Below, one piece after another: positions 1 to 9,948 of a stretch of 64,000 nt of DNA. This DNA is from Alphaproteobacteria bacterium (GTDB taxonomy: Bacteria > Pseudomonadota > Alphaproteobacteria > MPNO01 > UBA830). The notes beneath the pieces are model-generated. The model did not search any database, had not been told where the DNA came from, and saw nothing but the letters and a program-made list of their open reading frames with translations. The DNA lies in NCBI GenBank assembly GCA_964291215.2, contig OZ219791.1:992001-1056000 (forward strand), written 5' to 3'. The stretch's first letter is position 1; each line of letters begins with the position of its first letter. Made by a program: the position numbers and the translations under genes.

Positions 1-112
1 CAAGCGACGACCGACAAGAGACCGGTTGCGACCGCTTCGAACATCACGCTGTGCCCTGCGTCCCGAAGCCGTCAGGCCTGGGACGCAGGGAATGCGGTTT
101 TCCGCGTTCCGG

Positions 113-1192
113 TTACTTCTTCTTGCCGGCCGCGGAGAACTCCTTCAGATAGGCGACGATCTTTGGATCGACGGTTTTGAGGGAGTCGATGTGCTTGCGC
201 GCGCCTTCGGAGAGGATGATCTTCGGCGGCGCCTTGAAGGCCTTGGTGTATTCGGCGGCGAAATCCTTGTCGCTCGGTAGCGCCGCCCAGGCCATGCGCA
301 GTTCTGCCAGCGCAGCTGCAGGCACGCCCTTCGGCACGTAGGATCCGCGCAGTATGTAGGTCGTCAGGTTGTTGACGAACCTCAAGACGTCCCACTTGAT
401 GCCGGACGGCTTGCCTCCCTTTGTCTTGGCGTAGAATTCCTGGAAGGTCATGATCCCCTCAAGGTCGGCGAACTTGATGTCGTTGCCGTCATCGCCGACC
501 GGCGCGTAGTAGTAGGTGGCAGATGCGATTCCGGGCTTGATCAGCGTCGGCTCGACTTTGCCCCGGAAGTTGGGCACGGATCCGCAGGAATACTGGGTCT
601 CGTTCTGAAGGACCGCGGCCGAAACCTTTGCGAGCCCCCGATAGCCGGTCACGTAGGTGTATTTCGCGCCGAGGAGGTCGAGGGCAAGGCGAAGCCGGAG
701 GTCATGGCTCGACGTGTTGCGCATGCCCGCGGCCTTGAAGCCGGAGATCTTGGTAACGTCCGCCGCCGACTTGATGCCGCCGCCTGCATCCTTTCGGACA
801 TAGCACACCTGCGGCTGTCCGACGCCGGCGAGCCATTCGAATTCCGAGAAATCGGCCTTGAGGCCGGGATCGCCCAGGACTTGGGACATCACCGGTGGAG
901 TATGGATGGCCACGGTCAACCCGTCGGGCTTGGCGACCTCGGCCATGAAGTTGGTGCCGACGATCCCCCCGGCTCCGGGCCGGTTCTTGACCACCACCCG
1001 TGGCTTGCCGGCAATATGCTTGGCGAGATGCTTCGCGATCAGCCGGCCTTCCACGTCGGTCGGGCCGCCAGCGCCGTAGTTGATGATCACGGTGATGCTC
1101 TTGTCCTTGTAGAACTGGGCTCCAGCCGGTGCCGCGGCTAGCACGAGCAGGGGCGTTATGGCGAGCAGGCCGTTTCTGAGAACGTTCTTCAC
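113..1192 (-). CDS. Bug/TctC-family tripartite tricarboxylate transporter substrate-binding protein
   Basis: Signal peptide (AAAPAGAQ) followed by FYKDKSITVIINYGAGGPTD and VVKNRPGAGG motifs typical of Bug proteins. Confidence 0.9.
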   Translation of the reverse strand: MKNVLRNGLLAITPLLVLAAAPAGAQFYKDKSITVIINYGAGGPTDVEGRLIAKHLAKHIAGKPRVVVKNRPGAGGIVGTNFMAEVAKPDGLTVAIHTPPVMSQVLGDPGLKADFSEFEWLAGVGQPQVCYVRKDAGGGIKSAADVTKISGFKAAGMRNTSSHDLRLRLALDLLGAKYTYVTGYRGLAKVSAAVLQNETQYSCGSVPNFRGKVEPTLIKPGIASATYYYAPVGDDGNDIKFADLEGIMTFQEFYAKTKGGKPSGIKWDVLRFVNNLTTYILRGSYVPKGVPAAALAELRMAWAALPSDKDFAAEYTKAFKAPPKIILSEGARKHIDSLKTVDPKIVAYLKEFSAAGKKK

Positions 1193-1245
1193 TGTCTTTC
1201 TCCTTTGTCCCGGTTACCAGTCTTGCCGTCGTTAGGGCGTTTCCG

Positions 1246-2088
1246 TCAGTTGTCCTTCCCTTCTTCGGAGCCGAGCTTGAAGGGCTCGAAGGTCGGCTTG
1301 TAGCTCTTTTCGTCGAGGAACTGGCTGAGTCCGGTATTGTAGGAATCCTCGGTGTCGCCGACCTTGATGGCCATGCCCTTCTCTGCCAGGTAGTCGTAGG
1401 ACTGACCGAAATCCATCGACCGGACGTTGCGCACGGCCTGCTTGGTCGCCCGCAGCACGCGCGGGCTCTTGGCCATGAGCTTGTTGGCAAGTTCGGTGAC
1501 CTTGTCCTTGACCTCGGCAGGCGGTACGGCGAAATTGACCATGCCGATGCGTTCCGCTTCCTTGCCGTCGAAGGGCTCCCCGAGGCAGCAGTAGTAGAGC
1601 GCATGCCGCGGCAGCACTGTGTCGGCGACAACCTTGCTCACGAGCGCGCCCGGCAGGATGCCCCAATTGACCTCCGAAAGGCTGAAGGTCGCGTCCTCGG
1701 CCGCGACCGCAAAGTCGGTTGCGAGCAACTGCATGAACGCGCCGCCGACGCAGTACCCTTCGACCATCGCGATCGTCGGCTTGTCGTAGTTGTAGAGGAG
1801 TTCCCAGCGCCAGCGATTGGCAGCGCGCTGGGCCTTCTTGCGGCCGAGCGGATTGTTCTCGTTGGCGCGGAAGAAGAGTTTGAGGTCCTGCCCGGCGGAA
1901 AAGTTGCCCCCGGCGCCGGTCACCACCACCACCTTGGCCTCCGGATCGACCTCAAGCGCGGTAAGCGCTGCTTCCATCTCCTCGTGGAGCTGGGGGCTCA
2001 TGGCGTTGCGCTTCTCGGGCCGGTTGAGCCGGACCCAGGCTATACCGTCGGCTAGTTTAACGTCTACGCATTCAAAGTTGTCGTACAT
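1246..2088 (-). CDS. p-hydroxycinnamoyl/feruloyl-CoA hydratase-lyase (crotonase family)
   Basis: LNRPEKRNAMSP, FSAGQDLK, LSEVNWGILPG and C-terminal QFLDEKSYKP characteristic of HCHL; ATG at 2088 follows GGAGAAG. Confidence 0.85.
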   Translation of the reverse strand: MYDNFECVDVKLADGIAWVRLNRPEKRNAMSPQLHEEMEAALTALEVDPEAKVVVVTGAGGNFSAGQDLKLFFRANENNPLGRKKAQRAANRWRWELLYNYDKPTIAMVEGYCVGGAFMQLLATDFAVAAEDATFSLSEVNWGILPGALVSKVVADTVLPRHALYYCCLGEPFDGKEAERIGMVNFAVPPAEVKDKVTELANKLMAKSPRVLRATKQAVRNVRSMDFGQSYDYLAEKGMAIKVGDTEDSYNTGLSQFLDEKSYKPTFEPFKLGSEEGKDN

Positions 2089-2351
2089 GGGCTTCTCCTG
2101 CTCCTGTTCCGCACCGGGCGCGCCCCAGAACACATGTCCCGTCCGTGCAGCCGAGGCCTACGGGCCGGCGACGCCTGCCCGATCACGGCAATCGGGAGCG
2201 TCCGACCCGTTGCGTGCTTCTCTGCTGATGGCCAAGGCGCTGCCTCGGGCACCGTCACCGTCGACGATAACGAACTTGAGTGCAGTTTGCTCCAATAGCT
2301 GCGAACCGTGCAAGCAATATCTTGGCGGCCGTACGCCGTCCGGCTGCGGAT

Positions 2352-3509
2352 TCAGGACCCGTACCGGCGCAGGACATGGCGTGCGAGCGCCATCTTGAGG
2401 ATTTCCGTCGGACCTTCGGTGATGATGAAGCTCCTTTGGTCGCGCCACATGCGCTCGATCGGCAGGTCCGTCGTTAGGCCGAGCCCGCCATGGATCTGCA
2501 TGCATCTGTCCGCCGCTTCGAACGACTTTGTGTCGCCGAAATACTTCACGATGTAGGAATCGTAGCGGACATCCTCGCCCGCGTCGTGCCGGGCGGCCGC
2601 GTCGTAGACCATGAGGCGCAGCATGTGCAGGTCGGCATGGGAATCGACCAGCATCCACTGCACCGCTTGGCGCTCGGCAAGCTTGCGGCCGAATGTGAGC
2701 CGCTGCTGCGCATACGAAACACCGAGCTCCAGGCAACGTTCGATCACGCCGATGCCGCGGGCGCCGTGGCGTATGCGCCCGGCCGTGATCCAGTTCTGCG
2801 CGAACCGGAAACCATCGCCCTCCTCGCCGATGCGGTTCTCGGCCGGCACCCGCACGTCCTCGAACGCGATTTCCCATGGGCGATCGTGCATCATCGTTTC
2901 CTGCTGGCGCAGGAGCCTGACGCCGGGGGTGTCCATGTCCACGAGGAATGCCGAAATGCCGCCGCGCGACCCCTTTTCCCGGTCGGTGGCCGCAAACACC
3001 TGGGCAAAATGCGCGTCGCTGGCGCCGGTGATGAACCGCTTGGTGCCGTTGATCACGTAGTGGTTGCCGTCGCGGACAGCGGTCGTCCGCATGGCACCGG
3101 GATCGCCGCCGGCGTCCGGTTCGGTCTGTGCGAAGCAATGGCGGAGCTTTCCTTCCAAGACCGGGTAGAGATAGCGTTGCTTCTGTTCGTCGTTGAGGAA
3201 GTAGAGTATCGGGCTGACGTTCGGGCCGAAGACATACGCCGCGCGCGAGGGCAACGCCACCGTGCGCGCCAGCTCGGCCCACACCACTGCCCGGGCGAGC
3301 AGCTCCAGGCCCTGGCCGCCATACTCGGTCGGGACGTCGTAGAGCCAGAGCCCGACAGCCTTGGCCTTTTCCTCAAGATCGGCCTGGAGATCGGCCCGCA
3401 GCTTCGGCCCGTCAAGGCTTCCGTTCTCGACCGGAATGAGCTCGCGATCGACGAAACGCCGCACCGTCTCCTTGAGCATGCGCAGTTCTTCGGGGAGTTG
3501 GTAGTCCAT
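2352..3509 (-). CDS. acyl-CoA dehydrogenase
   Basis: FAQTEPDAGGD, INGTKRFIT, QIHGGLG and ITEGPTEI motifs. Confidence 0.92.
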   Translation of the reverse strand: MDYQLPEELRMLKETVRRFVDRELIPVENGSLDGPKLRADLQADLEEKAKAVGLWLYDVPTEYGGQGLELLARAVVWAELARTVALPSRAAYVFGPNVSPILYFLNDEQKQRYLYPVLEGKLRHCFAQTEPDAGGDPGAMRTTAVRDGNHYVINGTKRFITGASDAHFAQVFAATDREKGSRGGISAFLVDMDTPGVRLLRQQETMMHDRPWEIAFEDVRVPAENRIGEEGDGFRFAQNWITAGRIRHGARGIGVIERCLELGVSYAQQRLTFGRKLAERQAVQWMLVDSHADLHMLRLMVYDAAARHDAGEDVRYDSYIVKYFGDTKSFEAADRCMQIHGGLGLTTDLPIERMWRDQRSFIITEGPTEILKMALARHVLRRYGS

Positions 3510-3530
3510 TGGCGGCCTTTCTTGCGGGTC

Positions 3531-5615
3531 TCAGGCGTCCGGGGTTCGCGCGGCAATGCGGAGATCGATGGCGCACACGCCCTCTCCCCGGCCGAACACG
3601 ACCAGCGGATTGATCTCGATGCCGTCGAGGCAGTGGCAGAACTCGGTGTAGGTTTCGCACAGCGCCGTGGCAGCGGCAACGAAGGCATCGACATCGCGTT
3701 CCGGCGCTCCGCGGACGCTGCTAAACAGGGCGCTGCATTGCAGTTCGCCGATCATGGCGGCAACATCGCCGGCGGTGGCGGGAAGCTGTCGGAACACGAT
3801 GTCGTTGATCGCCTCGACGAGAATGCCCCCGAAGCCAAGCGCCAGCACGGGCCCGAACTGCCGGTCGGCATGTATGCCGATGATGGTCTCGAGCCCGATC
3901 ACCATTTCCTGGATGACGAAGCCGTCGATCCGGGCTTCGGGATGCGCGGCCTTCAGCCGGGCCTCCATCTCGCTGGCGGCGTCGATTGCCTCGTCTGGCC
4001 CGGTGACGCCGAGCGCCACGCCGCCGACCTCGGTCTTGTGTACGGCTTGCGGCGACACGACCTTGACGGCCACGGGAAAGCCGATCTTGGCCGCGGCATC
4101 GCCGACGGCGGCCGCGGATGCGGCCTGCGCCGACCGTGGCGGCTTGATCCCCCGCGCGGCAAGCAGTTTCCCGATTTCGGTGGGCTCCGCGATCTGCGCC
4201 GGCGGCGCTGCGAACGGTGCTGCGCCGCGCTTCCGTGCCTCGGCGCAGGCCGACATAGCGCGGAGTGTCCGCCCGACTTCGGGCAGGCGCTGCAGGAACG
4301 GGATGCCCGCGGCTTTCTGGAAGGCGCGTCCGGCGTCAGTCACGGTCTGTGACATGCGGTTGTGAGCGATGACAGGTTTCTCCGTCGACTCCCTGACCGC
4401 TCGGAACAGTTCGGGGTCGCCTTCCGCACCCTCCACGAGCGGCAGCTGCCCCTGCATCGAGACCATGTCTATGTTGGGATCGGCGGCGACGATCTTGCAT
4501 ATCTCGGCAAAGTCCGCGAAACGGCGGGCCAACCCGGCTCCGGTGTCGAGCGGATTGCTCGGCGGCACGCCGGCATCGATGCGTTCTGCGAGCTTTGCCT
4601 TGGTATCGGGCGTGAATTCGGGTAGGTCGAGCCCGATCTCGTCGGCATAGTCGCTGAAGAGGCCCTTGGCACCACCGGAATATCCAACCATCGCGATGCG
4701 CGGTCCGGCAGGCAGGCGGCCGTTCGCGAACGCCAGCGACGCCTCGATGAGTTCGTCGAGGGTCTCGACACGGGCAATGCCGTACTTGCGGCAGAAGGCG
4801 TCGAAGACCCTGTCGTCGCTCGCCAGCGCGCCGGTATGGCTGACCGCTGCGGCCTCACCCGCGGCCGAACGCCCGATCTTGAGCATGACAATGGGCTTGC
4901 CGGCCTCGAGTGCACGCGCGGCGGCGGCCATCAGTGCGTCGGCGCAGCGCACACCTTCCATCATGCAGGCGATGACCCGGGTATGGGGATCGTCGACGAG
5001 GAAGTTGATGTAGTCAGCGGCGTTGAGGTCGAGCTCGTTGCCGCTCGATACGGCGTAGGAGTAGCCGAGCCCCCGCGCCGCGCCCTGCTCCAGCCAGAAC
5101 TGAAAGGTCCCCCCCGACTGGAAGATCACGCCGACCGGGCCGGCGCTGATCCCGCGCACGCGGGCCGTGGGGTAGAGCAGGAGCCGTTCGGGCAGCGACA
5201 GCGAGCCCATGCAGTTAGGTCCGGCGATCCTAAGGCCGGTCTCGGCCGAGAGCGAACGCAGCCGCTTGGCCCGGCGCGCGCCGACGGGGTCGCCGCCTTC
5301 GCCGAAGCGCGCCGCATAGACGAGCGCGCAGCCGAGACCCGCTTGGGCGGCTTCGGCGAGCACGTCGGGTACCGCCTCGGCCGGGATGATCACGATCGCG
5401 AGATCAATACGTTCGGGCAGTGAGGCGAAATCGGGGTAGACCGGGCGGCCCCAGAGTTCGTTGCGGTGCGGATTGACGAGATGAACGCGCGCCGGGAAGT
5501 CGTGATGGGCAAGATTTTCGTATACCCCCCGGGGCCAGCCACCGCCGCTCCGGTCCGAGGCGCCGACGATGGCAACGGTCCTGGGGCGAAAGAGGAACTC
5601 CGCCGATCTGAACAT
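3531..5615 (-). CDS. NDP-forming acyl-CoA synthetase (acetate--CoA ligase family, CoA-binding plus ATP-grasp)
   Basis: VAIVGAS, GPNCMG, SSGNELD, SHTGALA, NPLD, HKTEVGGV and EINPL; start trimmed to ATG 5615. Confidence 0.9.
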   Translation of the reverse strand: MFRSAEFLFRPRTVAIVGASDRSGGGWPRGVYENLAHHDFPARVHLVNPHRNELWGRPVYPDFASLPERIDLAIVIIPAEAVPDVLAEAAQAGLGCALVYAARFGEGGDPVGARRAKRLRSLSAETGLRIAGPNCMGSLSLPERLLLYPTARVRGISAGPVGVIFQSGGTFQFWLEQGAARGLGYSYAVSSGNELDLNAADYINFLVDDPHTRVIACMMEGVRCADALMAAAARALEAGKPIVMLKIGRSAAGEAAAVSHTGALASDDRVFDAFCRKYGIARVETLDELIEASLAFANGRLPAGPRIAMVGYSGGAKGLFSDYADEIGLDLPEFTPDTKAKLAERIDAGVPPSNPLDTGAGLARRFADFAEICKIVAADPNIDMVSMQGQLPLVEGAEGDPELFRAVRESTEKPVIAHNRMSQTVTDAGRAFQKAAGIPFLQRLPEVGRTLRAMSACAEARKRGAAPFAAPPAQIAEPTEIGKLLAARGIKPPRSAQAASAAAVGDAAAKIGFPVAVKVVSPQAVHKTEVGGVALGVTGPDEAIDAASEMEARLKAAHPEARIDGFVIQEMVIGLETIIGIHADRQFGPVLALGFGGILVEAINDIVFRQLPATAGDVAAMIGELQCSALFSSVRGAPERDVDAFVAAATALCETYTEFCHCLDGIEINPLVVFGRGEGVCAIDLRIAARTPDA

Positions 5616-5709
5616 TCGCGTCTCCGCGTGGCCGGGCGTTCCCCCCGGGTTCGGGTTTCCCTGAGCGGCCAGTATTTCGGGCCCGCCGGGTCCGGTCAAA
5701 TGCGTTGCG

Positions 5710-5892
5710 CAGGACCATTCTGTTGTCGCGATCGGCGGCGGACAACCGTGTCAGAGTAGCCGTTCTTGAAGTTGGTGGCACCGTCTCAAGGTCGGAACCG
5801 GCATATCGACAACGAAATCCGCTCCCGAATGGACCTCCAGATCTGCCTACAACGCCCCTCGTCGGACGAAACATGACAAAAGAAGAGCCCTG
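5710..5892. mobile_element. MITE family A (183 bp, ISAs1-like ends), copy 1
   Basis: Ends CAGGACCATTC...GAAGAGCCCTG; 10-bp flanking duplication ATGCGTTGCG/ATGCGCTGCG; near-identical copy at 32946-33128. Confidence 0.8.
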
Positions 5893-5983
5893 ATGCGCTG
5901 CGGCGGCTTCGGAGGAACCGGAATGGACAGGATGTCCGCTCGACAGGTCGATAAATGCGCCTATTGCCCATGGAATGCCCTTC

Positions 5984-8403
5984 GTATCTGCTCACCCCTC
6001 CGTAGAGGTGGGTTTGGCGTTGTGCATTCTCGATATGGCCGTGATATTCAGCCAGGATCAGGATTTGGCGGAGCTAGCCCTGCCGAGCAATGACAATTAC
6101 GACGTGACGTCGCGGGTCTGAATGTGTTGCAAGGCCTGCCGCTGTCCGGCTTGGAAGCCGACTTGATGGCCAAGAACGGCGCTGGGTTGCGCCACATGAT
6201 CTGGTGTCCGGGCTCGGGTTGCGATCCCGGTACCCGCCAGGATGGGCCACCAGGCGGACGGCATCCCCGAGGCGGTCGGCATGCGCTTCTCGGCCGCGTA
6301 GTCGCGCAGGAAGCTCGGCTCCTGATCGGTGAACATCAGTTCGGGCTCACAGTCGGGTACCTGCCGCAGGGTCATGACCATGATGCGCGATGACGGCGTT
6401 GATGGCGATGGCCCGCTGCAGTCGTTCTGCGGTCCGGAACAGCAGGAACTCGGTGCGACAGCCTGACTTGAGGACGCGGAAGAAGTCTTCGACCTTCCAC
6501 CTCTGAAGATAGAAGCCGACCATCCTGGCGGCGTCCTCGGCGCTGCGCACCTTGAGCGTGGTGAGCAGGAACCACTGCACCGGGTTCTCGGGGGGATCGG
6601 TTTCGATGACGTGGACACCGGAAAGGGCGAGCGGCCTTCGAGGGTAGAGGACAAGGTCACGCGGCGGAACCGCAGTGTGCACTGAGCCACGCGTTTGCGT
6701 CGGGCGCCTTCGTTCGGCTCGCCTTCGGACGCTCGCCGTCGACCTCGACGGTGATGCCGCCTGCGCTCAAGGTTGCAAACAGCGCGCCCCTTGCCGAGAA
6801 CCCGGTCATGCAGGAGCCCGACCCGTGGGTTGAGACGTTGATGACAGCTCGAAGAAGTCCGCTTCCCGATCACGGACCGAGATCACGCGCGTCGTGACGT
6901 CGCGAACCGCTTCGTCGATGTCCTTGAAGCCTTCCATCCAGCGCCGGCTCTTCAACCGCTCCTCGGCCGCCGGGGAGCGCTGCTTCACCGCATCGAAGCC
7001 CGGACGCAGAACCTCGAGCGGCAACCCCGTCTCGCTCATCGCCAGCGTCGCATGCAGGCCCCGGGCCGACGAGGAGGTCTGGTTCTTGCCGATGACCTGA
7101 AGACCGTCGCATCCCGGCCGCCGGGAGAAATCGAGGTCGCTGGATCGCCAGCACGGTCGTTTGACCCCGGATGCGCCGGATCGTGCGCTCCCGATGCGGA
7201 GCAAGAATGTTCGCCACCGCACTCTCCACCGGCTTCTCGATCAGGCGGCAGAAAGCACTGATCGCCGTGTTGTCGGCATCCGTGCTCGCGGAATCCCGGA
7301 CAGGACGCCAGAAGAGCCGCACTCTTCACCAGACGTGCCGACAGTCGCTTGTCACCCAAGGGAGCACCTCCGAATTCGTTCGCCGCCCACACCGCAGCAT
7401 CCAGACCGTCTCCGGACCCCGGCAGGATCGACCGGACCCACTCCCAGCTTGCGTCGCCGATCCAGACCGCGCATCCATTGACGGTCTTGGCAGCGCGATG
7501 GTGACGATCCTGACGACCCTTCGTCCGCCCCGCACACACGAAGTTCGCAGCTCGCAGGCAGGTCCCGGCCCTCGTCCGCACAGGTTTCCACCACCAGGGG
7601 ACGGAATTCATACCGGGCCTCGAAATCCCTCGGCAGACGCCGGAGAAGCCACCCCGGAACATGGCTCCCGGCACCGCACCCGAAGCAGAAACCGACTCAG
7701 ACAGACCACCCGCTGGAGATGATCCCGCCCGGCGTCCATGCCATCCAGCGGTCGCGGGCCCGTCAACGCCGCCGCCGATATCCCGGCCGCACCCAGGATC
7801 CCGTGCTCCAAAGTCACAAGATAGCGCACCTGACAGCCGGCAAACGTCGTCATGCCATGAGGCTGCTCGCGCACCGTGTTCCACACCGTTCGCTCCGAAA
7901 CCTCGGTCACCACCGACAACCGCACCTGCGCCATCCCGGACAGACGGGACGGCACCCCGACCGGCACTTCTCCGTCAAGAAGACGCGGAGAGTTGTCCAC
8001 GGCAGCAGCCTGCGCCGCCGGAAGCCGGATATCACGACGATGCCAACGTGGTCAGGGCCTTCAGACAACTCGACAGCTACCAACGCCCCGCCGCGTCCCG
8101 GAACGAAAACTCCTCGCAAACGGCTCGCAGCCCGACGGCCAGAGTGCTGCTCCTGCGACAGGATGGCAGCAACGCGCGCCCGGGCCCGTCCTCGCGCAGA
8201 GTGTGAAGAATGCTGGATCGTGCCATCATGGCTGCAAGCTGGCGCAGGCCAAGCGGCACGTCCAGACCTAATTTATCATGACATGGCAGAGCTAGCCCAA
8301 AAAGCTCACACTAACCGAATCGACCTACGGTGTCAAATCTCCACGAAAACCCGTTCGTTGCTCTACCCCGACATCAAGCCGAAACCAAGGGGTGAGCAGT
8401 TAT
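5984..8403 (-). mobile_element. IS66 (ISBst12-like) end remnants bracketing an IS4 relic
   Basis: GTATCTGCTCACCCC at 5984 and GGGGTGAGCAGTTAT ending 8403; 8310-8403 matches the left end of the IS66 copies at 30043 and 38360. Confidence 0.6.
6130..8110 (-). pseudogene. DUF4338 plus IS4-family (IS50/Tn5-like) transposase, fragmented
   Basis: Frame fragments WAANEFGGAPLGDKRLSARL, GLHATLA, DREADFFEL, WFLLTT...YLQRWKVEDFFRVLKSGC and upstream FAGCQVRYLV; boundaries approximate. Confidence 0.8.
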
Positions 8404-8495
8404 AGCAAATCTGAAAATCGCAGGCTCGAACGCGTCGACCTGCGCCGCGATCAAGACTCCGATCACATCACATCAACAGGCATGGGATCATCGTG
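8404..8495. repeat. IS end fragment terminating in GCATGGGATCATCGTG
   Basis: Inverted homolog of about 31787-31875; same terminal motif as MITE family B. Confidence 0.6.
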
Positions 8496-8551
8496 CTCTC
8501 GATTCGGTTGCTCTTGACGTTTCGTCTGATATCCTGCGTGCCTGCGCCATC

Positions 8552-9931
8552 ATGTTTTCCACGAATGATCCAAAAGACCAGACAGAACAGTTGATGCACG
8601 ACATTGCCCGGCACCGGCAGGCCCGATTTCCTGCCGCGCGCACCGTGTGCGCGGCGGCCCTCCATCTTGCGTGCCCGGTGGTCGCCATTGCCTGCGTTCT
8701 CATGGTCCTGTTGTCGGGAGGCCCGCTTGCTGCAGCATCCGGCACTGGAGCTCAGCCGCGCCAGGCCGGTCCCAGCCCGCAGCAGGCTTCCGCCGTCGCC
8801 GCATTGTTGTCGTCGTCTGACAAGACCGCGGTTCGCGAGTTCCGGGTCCGGCGCGGCGACACCCTGGCCAGGATCTTGCGCCGTGCCAGCATAGATCGCA
8901 CCCAGGCTCACGACGCAGCCGTGGCGTTTGGCAAGGTCTTCGATCTGCGCACGCTCAGGCTCGGCGAGGTGATCCGGATCACCCTGTCGGGGGACAGGCA
9001 CCTTCGGGAAATTCGCATTGATCGGGGGCCGGAAGAGTACGTTTTGACGCGCGGAGACCAGGCTGGCGTCTCCTTTGCCGCCGTTAGGACGGAAAAGGCG
9101 CTCACGAAGGAGCTTGTGCTTGCTGGGGGCAGAATCCGCACCAGCCTCTACGTCTCCGCCAAGAGGGCCAAGGTGCCCTACAATGTCCTCGCGCAGATGA
9201 TCAGGCTCTACAGCTGGTCGGTGGATTTCCAGCGCGAGATACAGCCGGGCGACACCTTCGAGATCGCCTATGAGCGGTTCTTGGATTTGGCCGGAAACGT
9301 CCTGGTCGATGGCGAAATCGTTTATGCGCAAATGGTCCTGTCAGGCGACGACATGCCGCTGTTCCGCTTCGAGACCAAGCCCGGGAGGGTCGAGTATTTC
9401 GACGACAAGGGCCGTGGCGCCCGCCGCACCCTGATGCGCACACCGATTGACGGTGCGCGGTTGTCATCGGGTTACGGCAAGCGCCAACATCCCATCCTCG
9501 GCTTTACCAGAATGCACCGTGGGGTTGATTTTGCGGCGCCGCGCGGCACGCCGATCTACGCCGCCGGCGACGGCGTTGTCAGGTTTCGAGGATGGAAGGG
9601 CGGATACGGGCGATACATCCAGATCCGCCACAACAGCACCTATTCGACGGCATACGGGCACCTGAGCAGGTTCCGGCGTGGCGTGACCAGGGGGTCGCGG
9701 GTTCGGCAGGGCCAGGTCATAGGCTATGTCGGCAGCAGCGGGCTTTCGACCGGTCCCCATCTCCACTACGAAGTTCTCGTGAACAACCGCAAGGTCAACC
9801 CCCTGTCGCTCACGCTGTCCACGGGCACGCGGCTGAAGGGACCGGCGCTTGTGCGTTTTCACGCCGAGCGCCGGCGAATAGCCCGCGAGGCTGCGTCACT
9901 GCGTCTGCTCGACACTGCCGGACTTCTGTAG
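8552..9931 (+). CDS. M23-family peptidoglycan DD-endopeptidase (MepM-like, LysM/OapA plus M23)
   Basis: VRRGDTL, HRGVDFAAPRGTPIYAAGDG, YGHLS and STGPHLHYE; start uncertain. Confidence 0.9.
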   Translation: MFSTNDPKDQTEQLMHDIARHRQARFPAARTVCAAALHLACPVVAIACVLMVLLSGGPLAAASGTGAQPRQAGPSPQQASAVAALLSSSDKTAVREFRVRRGDTLARILRRASIDRTQAHDAAVAFGKVFDLRTLRLGEVIRITLSGDRHLREIRIDRGPEEYVLTRGDQAGVSFAAVRTEKALTKELVLAGGRIRTSLYVSAKRAKVPYNVLAQMIRLYSWSVDFQREIQPGDTFEIAYERFLDLAGNVLVDGEIVYAQMVLSGDDMPLFRFETKPGRVEYFDDKGRGARRTLMRTPIDGARLSSGYGKRQHPILGFTRMHRGVDFAAPRGTPIYAAGDGVVRFRGWKGGYGRYIQIRHNSTYSTAYGHLSRFRRGVTRGSRVRQGQVIGYVGSSGLSTGPHLHYEVLVNNRKVNPLSLTLSTGTRLKGPALVRFHAERRRIAREAASLRLLDTAGLL

Positions 9932-9948
9932 GCCGCAAAGGGCCTTCG

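Noticed and set aside
2490-4352. Long antisense ORFs (also 9592-10821, 22838-24181, 27414-28619, 60327-61748)
   Set aside because: Shadow frames opposite real genes in high-GC DNA, with no recognisable motifs.
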